Source: an uncultured virus (IMG/VR IMGVR_UViG_3300034629_000093)
Lineage: Duplodnaviria; Heunggongvirae; Uroviricota; Caudoviricetes
Strand: one strand, 5' to 3'
Length of the DNA stretch: 64,000 nt
Virus record (IMG/VR): IMGVR_UViG_3300034629_000093
Below, in pieces: positions 9,885 to 19,658 of the stretch. A program made the translations under genes and the position numbers. The stretch's first letter is position 1, and each line of letters begins with the position of its first letter. The notes under the pieces were generated by a model. It was not told where the DNA came from. It worked only from the letters and a program-made list of their open reading frames with translations, and did not search any database.

Positions 9885-10412
9885 TTAAGATCTTCGGTTT
9901 GATACCTTACCGGGACCCAGCTTGGGCGCGCCTGTATTTTTAGGCAGCACCACATCAAAAGTCACTGTATTAGATGGATTCCCGGTTTGTCCGTCAAAGA
10001 CCAGCCGGAACCATATACTTCCTTTCCAATGCAGGAATTCAGTACTGTTTATAAAATTCAGGGAATCAAATACAGCGGTGGCATCGAGCGCATCAATTAC
10101 TGTAGTTGCTCCGGCCGTCCAGTCTGAAAGATTATTACTGAATTCAATAAGCACGTTCACGTCTTCGGAACCGGTGACATCCGGCATGGAAGCCCGTATA
10201 AATGAAAGGCCTTGATTAGCTTCCGCTAGCAGCATAGCTTGGGTGTACGTGCTGGCGGTGGTATCAACAGAAATGGCTCCGGTATAACGAATGTAAGTGG
10301 AACCTTCCACAACATTCACCGCAGCATCATAGGTTTGAGCTTGTGCCGGCACTAATGCAGTTAATGCTGCAAAGATGATCAGGCAAAGATTTAAAAATAG
10401 TTTCGATTTCAT
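9885..10412 (-). CDS. Signal-peptide-bearing beta-rich protein in the head module
   Basis: MKSKLFLNLCLIIFAALTALVPAQA signal peptide with AxA cleavage site. Confidence 0.7.
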   Translation of the reverse strand: MKSKLFLNLCLIIFAALTALVPAQAQTYDAAVNVVEGSTYIRYTGAISVDTTASTYTQAMLLAEANQGLSFIRASMPDVTGSEDVNVLIEFSNNLSDWTAGATTVIDALDATAVFDSLNFINSTEFLHWKGSIWFRLVFDGQTGNPSNTVTFDVVLPKNTGAPKLGPGKVSNRRS

Positions 10413-10513
10413 AATGTGGTTCCTTTAGTTCTATATGTATTCAAATTCATGTGCCCACAAAGGCCGTCACCCACATAAGAGTGACAGCCATGAAGGAATC
10501 AGGAAAGATTAGT

Positions 10514-11455
10514 TTAGGCTTTTTGTCCCAGGACAATTGCTCTTCCTAAGAAGTAATTCGCATCAAACTCATGGATGATGGTTACTTCTTGCACACGCTT
10601 GCGGTGCTGGTCTTGCGTTAAGACTTGCATCTCAACACCCATGCCAACTGCAATGTTTTGCTTCAATGTTAGCACCACTGTATCAGCAGGCATTCCGTAC
10701 ACCGGAAGGATCTTAATACCTTTATAAGGCAATCCGTCGTTGTACTTACCGGTGATCAATACCTGGCTACCAAGCGCTGTTTCGATCGCTCCGATCTCAT
10801 CGGCATACGTATCAAATACATCATGGCCAACCAAGAAGATCAGCTCATCGCGTTGCTCGCGGAAATCTTCCGGCAGCTTATTGATCATTGCAGAAAGCAC
10901 TCCATCCTTACCTTTGTAAGTTGGATCTGCAGGGATCACATGATCGTTCACATCATCATCAGCCAACGCCTTAGTGATAACACCATCAAGGATTTTAAGC
11001 GCTTTGTCCTTTCTGGTTGAACCTGCATTTGCAGTGTCACCATTCATTACTACAAGGCTCACATCCTTACCAATTCGCTTGGCATAAGCCATATTCAAAT
11101 CAGTATTCACACTCTCGCGGCGGATGTTCTTGCGTAAGAATGAATAGGACAGATCAAACGCTGCAACCGATTCTTTCGGTGTAAGTGTGATCTCCGGGAG
11201 TGTTGGCTTAGTCACATCGGCATCATCGATCGCTGTCGCTTCTGTTCCTTTTGTGATAACCGGCTCACCAAGATCAATTGCGGTAAGCTTCAAGGATTTG
11301 GTAATCCCTGTTTCTACACGCACATTTTGCAACAGTTGATTTTGGTCAACCATCATATCCACAAATTCTTCTACATCTTCCGGGCTTTGAATACCGTTAT
11401 CGCCAGTTGTTAAAGTGGCTTTTTTAATCAGATCAAGTACTTCGTTATTAGTCAT
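10514..11455 (-). CDS. Major capsid protein (HK97 fold, PBSX XkdG/P2-like)
   Basis: 313 aa after the protease; LSYSFLRKNI, NGDT, LKILDG motifs. Confidence 0.85.
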   Translation of the reverse strand: MTNNEVLDLIKKATLTTGDNGIQSPEDVEEFVDMMVDQNQLLQNVRVETGITKSLKLTAIDLGEPVITKGTEATAIDDADVTKPTLPEITLTPKESVAAFDLSYSFLRKNIRRESVNTDLNMAYAKRIGKDVSLVVMNGDTANAGSTRKDKALKILDGVITKALADDDVNDHVIPADPTYKGKDGVLSAMINKLPEDFREQRDELIFLVGHDVFDTYADEIGAIETALGSQVLITGKYNDGLPYKGIKILPVYGMPADTVVLTLKQNIAVGMGVEMQVLTQDQHRKRVQEVTIIHEFDANYFLGRAIVLGQKA

Positions 11456-11489
11456 TTTCTTAGTGTTTAATGAAAATTTTTGGCTTAGA

Positions 11490-12596
11490 CTAGCTGACTA
11501 TATGCAGCCCTTTGCTTTTCTTAATTTCGGTTTCAGGTTCTTCCTGCCCAGATTCCGCCTGGCTTGTGCCGGCTGCTTTCTCAACTTTTTCAAGTCGCTC
11601 AGAAATGCTTGTTACATTTCCGTTTAATTTCTCAATGGCTGCGAGTACTTCTTTGTTCTCTTCGCCACTTTCGTTCTTTGTAGTGGTTTCTTTAGGCTCA
11701 TCAGCCATAGGTTCGTCCTCTTCGGTTGTTTGTGATTTAGATACTGTCAGCCCGTCGATGTAAGCAATGAATTGCTCTGCATTGGTTTTTAAAGCCGCTG
11801 CTTTATCAGTCACATCATCATCGTGAAGTGCTTGCCAGTTTGATCTGTCGATCGCATGTACCGCCTGGCGAATTTCTTCACTTGCTAATGCACCATTGAA
11901 ATCTTTCTTAATGATTTCCAATTCTTCTAATGATTTTCCTTCCAGGGATTTCATCACTGTTTCAAAAGCAGATCCGTTTGGCTTCTTATTTTCTTTCATA
12001 ATCTTTTCCATTAATCCTTTAAAAAATTTCATTATGTCTTTAGGAGCTTCTGAAAGTTCACCTAAAATGGTTTCCGCTTTTTCCACATCGGTTTCTTCCA
12101 ATTCTTCGGCTACACAAGCAGCTTGCATGCTTATGCCGGTGATCTCGCCTTTCTTTACTTCATCCCAGGCATCATCATCCAGCACCTTAATTACTACTGC
12201 CCACGCTCCAACCGGATCATCCGGGAACATTTCATCTTCGCCTTTAAGCAGATAGGTTTCTACGATCACGCCATTCTTTGGATCTTCGTCGTGTTGCTTA
12301 TCTACCTGATCTAATCGTTGAGCTTCTGAAAAGGCGTGGCACGCTTTCTTGATCTCTGCAGCTGTGGCAGTGTCGCCATGCGCATCTACTTCATCGGGTG
12401 CATACACGATGCCGTATACCAGACGTTCGTCGTCGTCGGTCTTACGGATTTCGATGGTTTTTTGAACGAGCTTTTCAGGCGCAGAAGGGTTAGCAGCCTT
12501 ATAAATGACTTCACGTTGATTTGCCCCTTTATCTACTAACGAGATAAACTGGACATCTAAATTTTTAAGTCGGCGTTTTGGTTTTTGCTCTGGCAT
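11490..12596 (-). CDS. XkdF-like prohead serine protease with scaffold tail
   Basis: FISLVDKGAN, RLVYGIVYAPDEVDAHGD, VKKGEITGISM; acidic coiled-coil C-terminus. Confidence 0.9.
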   Translation of the reverse strand: MPEQKPKRRLKNLDVQFISLVDKGANQREVIYKAANPSAPEKLVQKTIEIRKTDDDERLVYGIVYAPDEVDAHGDTATAAEIKKACHAFSEAQRLDQVDKQHDEDPKNGVIVETYLLKGEDEMFPDDPVGAWAVVIKVLDDDAWDEVKKGEITGISMQAACVAEELEETDVEKAETILGELSEAPKDIMKFFKGLMEKIMKENKKPNGSAFETVMKSLEGKSLEELEIIKKDFNGALASEEIRQAVHAIDRSNWQALHDDDVTDKAAALKTNAEQFIAYIDGLTVSKSQTTEEDEPMADEPKETTTKNESGEENKEVLAAIEKLNGNVTSISERLEKVEKAAGTSQAESGQEEPETEIKKSKGLHIVS

Positions 12597-12597
12597 T

Positions 12598-12669
12598 CGA
12601 TCAGATTGATTTTATCTGATCGTAAGTTCGGAAGGTTAGCCAGCGCCTTCAACGTAAGGAGAGGGTACG
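12598..12669 (-). promoter_or_regulatory. Late promoter 2: activator site plus leader hairpin
   Basis: CGTACCCTCTCCTTACGTTGA-N20-AACTT, same layout as 18446-18491; 9-bp hairpin 12598-12622 just before the ATG. Confidence 0.65.
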
Positions 12670-12722
12670 AAGGAAGGAATTAAGAATGATTCAATTAAGA
12701 ATTAGGAATTAAAACTCCTTTG

Positions 12723-12956
12723 TTACAGCACATCATTTAAACCTTTAATTGGACCTAATTCTATCCATTCAATTTCAGGTTTCAATGGCTTTAAATAATA
12801 AGCACACTTTGGATTTACACATGCAATATTTTCATCAGTAGAACCTGAATCTTTTACAACCCCTTGAACAATCGAAGGTTGATCACAACATTCACATAAT
12901 TCTGGTACGATTGTTTTACCAGTGCTTATCTTTACATTTTTTGCGTTTAAAACCAT
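12723..12956 (-). CDS. Small Cys-rich (zinc-finger-like) protein
   Basis: CECC...CVNPKC; AT-rich; flanked by heptamer repeats. Confidence 0.55.
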   Translation of the reverse strand: MVLNAKNVKISTGKTIVPELCECCDQPSIVQGVVKDSGSTDENIACVNPKCAYYLKPLKPEIEWIELGPIKGLNDVL

Positions 12957-13013
12957 ATTCTTAATTCTTAATTGAACAATTCTTCATTGCTTCAATTGTA
13001 CCAAATTCTGCAA

Positions 13014-14351
13014 TCACTTTCCACTATTCCAGGAACCATCTAAACGAAGGCCGCCGGAGAGGCTACCGGCAAAGGCTTTCTGTGGATCTGATAAGCCAAC
13101 AATAGCATGAAAATTAAGATCATCGCCCACAACCGCTTTTCCTGCATCGCTGAAAAAATGGAATTCAAACCGGCGTTTACCATCAGCGGTATTGTTTACG
13201 CGAGCCATTACGCCGTTGGCATTGCGAATAATTCCGCGCCCGGCTTTCAAATAATCATCTTTAGATTTGGCATTTAATCCGGAGCCGAATTCTGCAAAAG
13301 CTTTATCCAATTCTTCGGGACCAAAATTAAGCGCTCGCTTAGATCGTATGGTTTGCATCCAATTAGAGTATTCCTCATCAGTGAGCGAATTAAGCTTTTT
13401 CTTATCGTCCTTAGAAACAGATTTCCCCATCTTTGTACCACCAACTGCATTGGCTTCGGTCACTTCACGAGCCATCACAGTGCGCGTTCTGCAATTAAAA
13501 TGGAACGGTGGAAGCAGTGCTCCGTCCGGAAGATCATCACTTTTAGTTTGTGAGATCTCGGATGCACTTGGCCAAGGAACTATATTTGCAACTTCATCAG
13601 GATCTTCATTGGCAATCATGGCATCAACCACACGGCGTTGCTCGCTAACCTTAATTCTGCGACCATGCATGTGCCGGCAGATCTCCGTTGTGCGGTGGTC
13701 CAGGATAGCGCGAACTTCGGCATATTCTACTTCCGCCACTTCGTAGGCGCTAACTCTGCCAAATTCTCGGCTTTGCGTTACTACATGATTAGAATATCCC
13801 TGCCAATATCGGAAGGATGGAATGCTGTATTTCTTAGCGAATTCATCTTCAAACAGCTTGCCGGCTTCGGTTCGGTTCAATCCATCGCTGATGATCTTAT
13901 TTCCAAACTCACGAACTTTGCCCTGCAGTTGATCATCAAAATGGTGCAGCACCGGATAAAGTGCATATCGTTCAAGTGCTGCCAGGGCTTTGGCATCTTT
14001 CACATTAAAACTTGGAGTGATTCCCAGCACTTCTTTCATACCGGCGGCGTAGGTACTGGCTTGCAGAGTGAGCAGATCATCTTTTACTGCAGCGGCAAAC
14101 GCTGCGCCTAAGCGAGCTTCCAACTGGCTAACCATAGCATCAATATCGGCATCGGAAAAATTAGCCCGGTTGTTCAACGCTCGCACCACATCGCGAATGG
14201 CTTCTTTACTTTGCTCGGTCCAGTTCCGGATCAAGAGATCTTCCAGATCTGCTGCCAACTTATCGTACTTATCCTTTCTAATCAGGGCGTAGATCTTGCG
14301 AGCTTCCAGCAGCCCTTTCTGAACAAGATAATATGTTTGCAAATTTTTCAA
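13014..14351 (-). CDS. MuF/SPP1 gp7-family minor head protein with C-terminal extension
   Basis: AILDHRTTEICRHMHG and LPPFHFNCRT motifs. Confidence 0.9.
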   Translation of the reverse strand: MKNLQTYYLVQKGLLEARKIYALIRKDKYDKLAADLEDLLIRNWTEQSKEAIRDVVRALNNRANFSDADIDAMVSQLEARLGAAFAAAVKDDLLTLQASTYAAGMKEVLGITPSFNVKDAKALAALERYALYPVLHHFDDQLQGKVREFGNKIISDGLNRTEAGKLFEDEFAKKYSIPSFRYWQGYSNHVVTQSREFGRVSAYEVAEVEYAEVRAILDHRTTEICRHMHGRRIKVSEQRRVVDAMIANEDPDEVANIVPWPSASEISQTKSDDLPDGALLPPFHFNCRTRTVMAREVTEANAVGGTKMGKSVSKDDKKKLNSLTDEEYSNWMQTIRSKRALNFGPEELDKAFAEFGSGLNAKSKDDYLKAGRGIIRNANGVMARVNNTADGKRRFEFHFFSDAGKAVVGDDLNFHAIVGLSDPQKAFAGSLSGGLRLDGSWNSGK

Positions 14352-14689
14352 TTAGGGATATGCAATTCATCTGCAATTTCATATTCACCATCGTAAGAAG
14401 TAGAAACGAATTCCACAAAGTCTTCATCAAATTCCATTTCAAAAAACTCTTCTAATGCATGAGCAAATTCATGTGTTAAAGTTTCGATCAGGAATCTTTT
14501 CTTTTCATCAGAATCTAAAGTTTTGATATTACCATCTTCATCAAATAAAGCTCCATCTTTGAAATGAGCTTCGACATTCAAAAGAATAACGCCTTTGCCA
14601 TTTTCTTTTTGATGACCTGCAAGCCAAGCTCCAAAACCACCAATGCCATCCGCCTTCACTATCTTAATATCCAACTTCTTTTCTGCCAT
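14348..14689 (-). CDS. Small HExxH zincin-like protein
   Basis: ETLTHEFAHALE motif. Confidence 0.6.
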   Translation of the reverse strand: MAEKKLDIKIVKADGIGGFGAWLAGHQKENGKGVILLNVEAHFKDGALFDEDGNIKTLDSDEKKRFLIETLTHEFAHALEEFFEMEFDEDFVEFVSTSYDGEYEIADELHIPN

Positions 14690-14693
14690 ATTC

Positions 14694-14918
14694 CTAATTC
14701 CCTAAAATTGAATTTAACTCGTCTAATTTATCATTAGCAGATTCCAGATCAGTAGATAACTGCTCAATGTCATCTTTTAAGTGCCCATTATATTCTTCCA
14801 CGACAGATGTTATTGCAGAATATAGATTTTCGGGAATCTCAGCCTCTAAGGAATCCAATTCCTTTTCGAGATTTTCTAATGCATTTTCAAAATCACTTTT
14901 ATTCTGATCGTAAGCCAT
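14694..14918 (-). CDS. Acidic coiled-coil protein
   Basis: 74 aa ORF with heptad pattern. Confidence 0.6.
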   Translation of the reverse strand: MAYDQNKSDFENALENLEKELDSLEAEIPENLYSAITSVVEEYNGHLKDDIEQLSTDLESANDKLDELNSILGN

Positions 14919-15051
14919 GTTCCTAATTCTCCTATTCCTAATTCTTAATTTTTAATCCTTCATCTTTAATTCCACGCGAAGGCGTGGCTTAACTTCGTTC
15001 AAACCCCGTTCAATTTTCGATTTAAGAAACGCAAATTGAAAAAAGGCTATA

Positions 15052-16458
15052 TTATTCATCGGAAGCCTCTAAGCGCTTTCTCATTTGAATTAGAGAATTC
15101 ACCGAGCTTCCTAAAGTTTCACCATTACCGCCCACAGGAACTTGCCCTGCCAAACGCTCCATACCTTCATCATCCAGTGGTGGTTTGCCTACGTCCTGGC
15201 GCGCCTCTTCCGGCAAGATGATTCCTTTCTCTTTTAACATGGTTGCGATATTGGCATCCATCTCAGGATCAGTGGTATCGATGCCTTTAAATCTGAACTT
15301 CCATTTATGTTCGCCAAAGCTTTGGATCAGCGTTCTATTATAGAACTCATTCAATCGCTTACGCACCGGAGCACGGTCAATGTCTTCGAAGATCTTCAAT
15401 TGTTCAGCTGCTTCACTACCACCGCCCAGCTGGCCTGCAGTAACAATGCCAACCATCCGTGGCGGAACTCCGTGCGCACTCACGATCATGTCACGCGAGA
15501 GCTCACGAGTTTTACCCATAAAATTTTGTTTGTCGCCGAAATCCATTTCCAGCTTCTCGATCTTGAACTTCACATCCTTATCATCAGAAGATAAGATCAA
15601 CGTCTTTCCGGCATTCTTAATGCCTTGCGCCTGTGAGCTCAAAAACTTCTGCAGGGTATTTCTGGAAGTCTGATCCAGCTTGCCGCCTTCCACAACCACC
15701 GCAAACTTTGCCACTAACTGATTGCGAAATAAATTGATGTTGAACTCTACAGAGCTGCGATCGAGTACCATATCAGCCAGAGCAGGAACCCACGCCGGCA
15801 TTCCGTAATAATCACTTGCAGGATCATATTCATAGAAATGCATGATCTCATTTTGTTTGCCATTCTTTTGCCCAAAGCGAGAGAATGGAATCCGCTTAGA
15901 ACTATTCACGCCCATCGGGACCTGAAAGAATCCACCGTTTCGCATATCACGAGCTCGGCGAAAGTTCACCATTCGTTGATGATACAAATTGCCCGGAATG
16001 CCATCGCCGAATGTACGGCTCAATTCATTCACCATATTACCAAAGGCTTCAAAATCGATCATAGAGCGGTACGCGATTTCATCGAAAGTAACCAAAGGAT
16101 CTTCATTCGGATTCATTAAAAAATTCATGATTGCATCATACGCAGCATCATGCGCTTTGTCTTCATCATCGGTGTACAGCTCAAAGCCCAGGCCAACAGT
16201 GCAAGCTGCCTTTACCGACACACAACGGCGATGCCAGATGTTCATATCTAACCAGGCAAGCAAGTCTTTGAATTTCAATCGTGGCTCAACCCAGGGAAAA
16301 GCACCATGGTTGGTGTCCGGTTCCGCTTGCGATTCTTTACGAATTAATGTGCTGCTTTTGGCAACGTGGCCGGCTTTGCTCTCAATTGGGAACATCCAGT
16401 TTTCAATCCCATCAGGACCAACAACTTCTGCCATTGCGTATTTAGTTTCTGTACTCAT
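15052..16458 (-). CDS. Portal protein (PBSX family)
   Basis: YDPASDYYGMP, GIKNAGK, AHGVPPRMVGI, PEEARQ motifs; follows the terminase. Confidence 0.9.
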   Translation of the reverse strand: MSTETKYAMAEVVGPDGIENWMFPIESKAGHVAKSSTLIRKESQAEPDTNHGAFPWVEPRLKFKDLLAWLDMNIWHRRCVSVKAACTVGLGFELYTDDEDKAHDAAYDAIMNFLMNPNEDPLVTFDEIAYRSMIDFEAFGNMVNELSRTFGDGIPGNLYHQRMVNFRRARDMRNGGFFQVPMGVNSSKRIPFSRFGQKNGKQNEIMHFYEYDPASDYYGMPAWVPALADMVLDRSSVEFNINLFRNQLVAKFAVVVEGGKLDQTSRNTLQKFLSSQAQGIKNAGKTLILSSDDKDVKFKIEKLEMDFGDKQNFMGKTRELSRDMIVSAHGVPPRMVGIVTAGQLGGGSEAAEQLKIFEDIDRAPVRKRLNEFYNRTLIQSFGEHKWKFRFKGIDTTDPEMDANIATMLKEKGIILPEEARQDVGKPPLDDEGMERLAGQVPVGGNGETLGSSVNSLIQMRKRLEASDE

Positions 16459-16464
16459 AATTTC

Positions 16465-17952
16465 TTAATAATAGTCAACGGTTACAGTTCCAATTTCTCC
16501 ATTCAATCGCCGAAGCTCACGCACGCCCATTTCCATTGCATCCGGTCCATCATCTTCATTTGTAGTGATGGAGCTGTCAAATTCAAGGAATTGATTGATC
16601 AGCCTATCCATATCAGAACCTTTCACAAAGCGGTAAAATCCATTTTCAATTCCACTTTGATTCCGCAATATCCGCACGTTCTTATTGTCTTTATTCAGCA
16701 CCTGCCTGATCTTACTAATCAATCCAAATCCAGCACCGGAATCCCTTGCATAAGATTCCATCAATGGTTTGATCAATGTTTGAAATCCATTCGCTTCAAT
16801 GGCATACACATATGGATTCCATGTGCCGTCTATAATGAAAGACTTGGCGATCATTCGTGAAATAGTAGTGCGCCTAATATCGGCATGCATTACATCAATG
16901 TGCTTTTCGTCTAATGTTAAGCCCATCACTAAAATGGCTTTAGTGTCATGGCCTTCGGTGCTTCCAACCGATGGATCATTTACCATCACAGTGAATTTAT
17001 ATTTTGGCTCCGGCTTATCAATACGTACAAACCAATCTTCCTGGAAGTCATCTTGTTCACTGGAAATGATAGTGAGCAAATATTCACGATTGTATTTAAC
17101 CGAGCCGATCGTGTCCCGGATCTGATTCAATACTTTTTTAGGAAAGCTTTTTGGATGCGCAGCTCTGCCGTTCTTTTGCTCTGCCGAAATACTAACAGAA
17201 AGCACCGCTTTATTTTGGAGCAACCGATTGTCAATATCATCACGGCCAAGCTTGTTTGTTACAACAATCAGTTGCCATTCAGCTTTCAGATCCAATGCGT
17301 TCAGAATGTCACCAAGCAATGCATCTTCGCGCTTATCAATATTCTTTTTATTGCGCACACTTTCCAAGCTTTCCAGATCATCACAGATAATGATCTTTGC
17401 TCTGTGCTGCATGTATTTTCTACCACGCTTAAACGAACGCCAGGAACTTGCTTCAACCTTAACACCGCCCGAAGTAACAAAGGAATCTTCGCTCCATTCC
17501 ACGCCTTTTTGTTCGCCGAAATCAGCTTTAATTCGTGGGTTTTCTTCCAGCTCCATTTTTAAAGGAAGCATCAGCATTTCTGCCTGGTCGTCGGTGTCGC
17601 TAATGAAGGGTAAGTATCTGGTCAACTTGTACAGCACAGCTTGCGCTGCATAACCAACGCCATCCACGGTTGACTTACCAAGCCCACGGAAGCCACGGTG
17701 CTGCAGTACCTTATTCCAAACCTTCAAAGATTCTACAATTTCACGATGGCCGGATTCAAAAGGACCATCAAAGTGATGCGGTAAATAGGTTTTGCAAAAG
17801 AATTCCAGATCGGTTTCAGCGCGTTTGCGGCGTGCTTCTTTGGCGGCGGTGCTTACATCATCAAAAGGCGCAACTTCCTGATGGATCTTTTGAACAAGCT
17901 GTTCAGCTCGTTTCAGATATTCTTTAACCGATATGTTGCGCTTAGCTGCCAT
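16465..17952 (-). CDS. Terminase large subunit (Mu gp28-like)
   Basis: FRGLGKST Walker A, IIICDDLE Walker B, DPS, IEANGFQ, DDGPDA nuclease motifs. Confidence 0.92.
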   Translation of the reverse strand: MAAKRNISVKEYLKRAEQLVQKIHQEVAPFDDVSTAAKEARRKRAETDLEFFCKTYLPHHFDGPFESGHREIVESLKVWNKVLQHRGFRGLGKSTVDGVGYAAQAVLYKLTRYLPFISDTDDQAEMLMLPLKMELEENPRIKADFGEQKGVEWSEDSFVTSGGVKVEASSWRSFKRGRKYMQHRAKIIICDDLESLESVRNKKNIDKREDALLGDILNALDLKAEWQLIVVTNKLGRDDIDNRLLQNKAVLSVSISAEQKNGRAAHPKSFPKKVLNQIRDTIGSVKYNREYLLTIISSEQDDFQEDWFVRIDKPEPKYKFTVMVNDPSVGSTEGHDTKAILVMGLTLDEKHIDVMHADIRRTTISRMIAKSFIIDGTWNPYVYAIEANGFQTLIKPLMESYARDSGAGFGLISKIRQVLNKDNKNVRILRNQSGIENGFYRFVKGSDMDRLINQFLEFDSSITTNEDDGPDAMEMGVRELRRLNGEIGTVTVDYY

Positions 17953-18413
17953 TAGTTACCGTACTTTTTGCCTTGTTCGTTCAGGAATGGCGAAAGCACT
18001 TCATGGAATTGAGCAGTCAACGAAGGGTAATTTGAATTCAGGAAGTCGTTAAAATCTTCCATGATCTCGATAGTAAAAGCCAACCGATCGAAATGACCAT
18101 CCATTTTTTCAAGTACTAAACTCAGCTTATGAATGGCATCAGCGTTGCTGCCGTCTTCCATTTCATCGATCATCTTTGCCAGGATCTCTCTCAACTTATC
18201 ACTGGAACGGCGTGTACTTGCACTCAATTTTTCTAGTCTTTTATCCCACTCAAATTCTTTTTTCCATGTGCTGATCGTTTGCACGCTCACACCAACCATT
18301 TCAGATATGGTGCTTTGGCTGTGCTTACCTGAGCGATATAAAGCAAAAGCCTTTGGCTCTAAAATATGAGCTTTAGGCGCATTGGTACGTTTAGTTTTTG
18401 ATGATTTTGGCAT
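17952..18413 (-). CDS. Terminase small subunit (DUF1804-like HTH)
   Basis: N-terminal HTH (ISEMVGVSVQTISTWKK..W); directly upstream of the large subunit. Confidence 0.8.
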   Translation of the reverse strand: MPKSSKTKRTNAPKAHILEPKAFALYRSGKHSQSTISEMVGVSVQTISTWKKEFEWDKRLEKLSASTRRSSDKLREILAKMIDEMEDGSNADAIHKLSLVLEKMDGHFDRLAFTIEIMEDFNDFLNSNYPSLTAQFHEVLSPFLNEQGKKYGN

Positions 18414-18421
18414 GTTCTCGC

Positions 18422-18491
18422 GATTGGTTCTTTTTCACCAATCCCAAGTTAAACCCATCAATTACCGCTCTCAACGTAAGGATAAGGTACG
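18422..18491 (-). promoter_or_regulatory. Late promoter 1: activator site plus leader hairpin
   Basis: CGTACCTTATCCTTACGTTGA-N20-AACTT; 7-bp hairpin 18422-18443. Confidence 0.65.
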
Positions 18492-18498
18492 CGAGAGA

Positions 18499-18810
18499 TT
18501 AATGTTTCCGTTGCAATCTAGGATAGATAATCTGATCAATATTATCTCTGCCGGTGTTAAATTCTTCGGTCAGAAAGTCAACCGCTTCATCTTTGGTCAT
18601 GCCGTCATTTCGCAGTTTATGCCAAAGCTTGCGGATCTGATCGTTGCGGTGTTGCAAGCCGGTTAAATAATCCAGTCGCCGAGCAAATCGCCTCAGCATT
18701 CGGTAACCGGTAGCCGAGCATTCCTTTTCCAGTAATTTCTCAAACGGTCCGCGATTGTCCTGATCGGGAAATAAACGGTTCTGGCGATATGCAATTTCTG
18801 GTTGGCTCAT
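18499..18810 (-). CDS. Mor/C-like transcriptional activator
   Basis: RNDQIRK...LTEEFNTGRDNIDQII resembles the Mor HTH; sits at the head of the late operon. Confidence 0.6.
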   Translation of the reverse strand: MSQPEIAYRQNRLFPDQDNRGPFEKLLEKECSATGYRMLRRFARRLDYLTGLQHRNDQIRKLWHKLRNDGMTKDEAVDFLTEEFNTGRDNIDQIIYPRLQRKH

Positions 18811-18864
18811 AGAGTGACATTCAATTGTCACTCATAAAATATACATACGGACTGTAAAGGGCAA

Positions 18865-19380
18865 TTAGTTGAATTGAGCTAAAAACTCTCTAAACGGCGT
18901 TCTTCTTTCTAAAGAAACAGTAAACTCATGCACACTCAATTTGCCCTCTAAGACTTCTTGATTAGCAATTTTATTAAAATCTTCAATTGGAATTGAGTAT
19001 ATATTTAACTCATTAAACCCTACCGTTCCTGAATGCCTTGTTACATCAGAAGAATAAGATTGTGATTGGTAGGTTTTTGTTTCGCCATCAATAATGAAAT
19101 GCAATTCATTAAGCTCATTAAACGTAAGCTTAGTGGTTAGCCCTCTGGCAATTAGGCTGACTGTATTTGGCTTTTCTTTTGAGGTTCCTTCATTTACTAC
19201 AATCGCTCTAAGGTATAAATACTCCTTTGACATCATTGATTGCTTTAAAACACTTATTTCACCAGATCGGTAAGTAGTTTCATTGTCAAATTTATCGTAA
19301 TCAACAGACGCCTTCTTTGTCATAAATCCACCAGCGCTACAGCTAATAAGTAAAAAACTTAAAATTAATAAATGTTTCAT
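18865..19380 (-). CDS. Lipoprotein (moron; candidate superinfection exclusion)
   Basis: MKHLLILSFLLISC lipobox; AT-rich; next to the repressor. Confidence 0.7.
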   Translation of the reverse strand: MKHLLILSFLLISCSAGGFMTKKASVDYDKFDNETTYRSGEISVLKQSMMSKEYLYLRAIVVNEGTSKEKPNTVSLIARGLTTKLTFNELNELHFIIDGETKTYQSQSYSSDVTRHSGTVGFNELNIYSIPIEDFNKIANQEVLEGKLSVHEFTVSLERRTPFREFLAQFN

Positions 19381-19658
19381 ATTCCTAATTCTTAATTGAT
19401 TAATTCTTAATTGTCTAAGTAAGACAGTTTCAGTAGCCATTCCTTACAAATTATTTTTAGAGGTGACATTATGCTGTCACTCAACAAGTATATACTGTAC
19501 ATAGAAATCATCTGCAAACTATGCGGACTTAAGTCCGCCCCTTACTATAAAACAACTATTTATACTTTATCTAATTGTTTTATAAATGTCAGTCAACATG
19601 TATTTACCTCATCATAAAAAACAAATACTTATGTAATTTAAAATAAAATTTATGAATT

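Noticed and set aside
19381..19440. N-terminal extension of the lipoprotein ORF
   Set aside because: It is translated heptamer repeat; the signal peptide starts at 19380.
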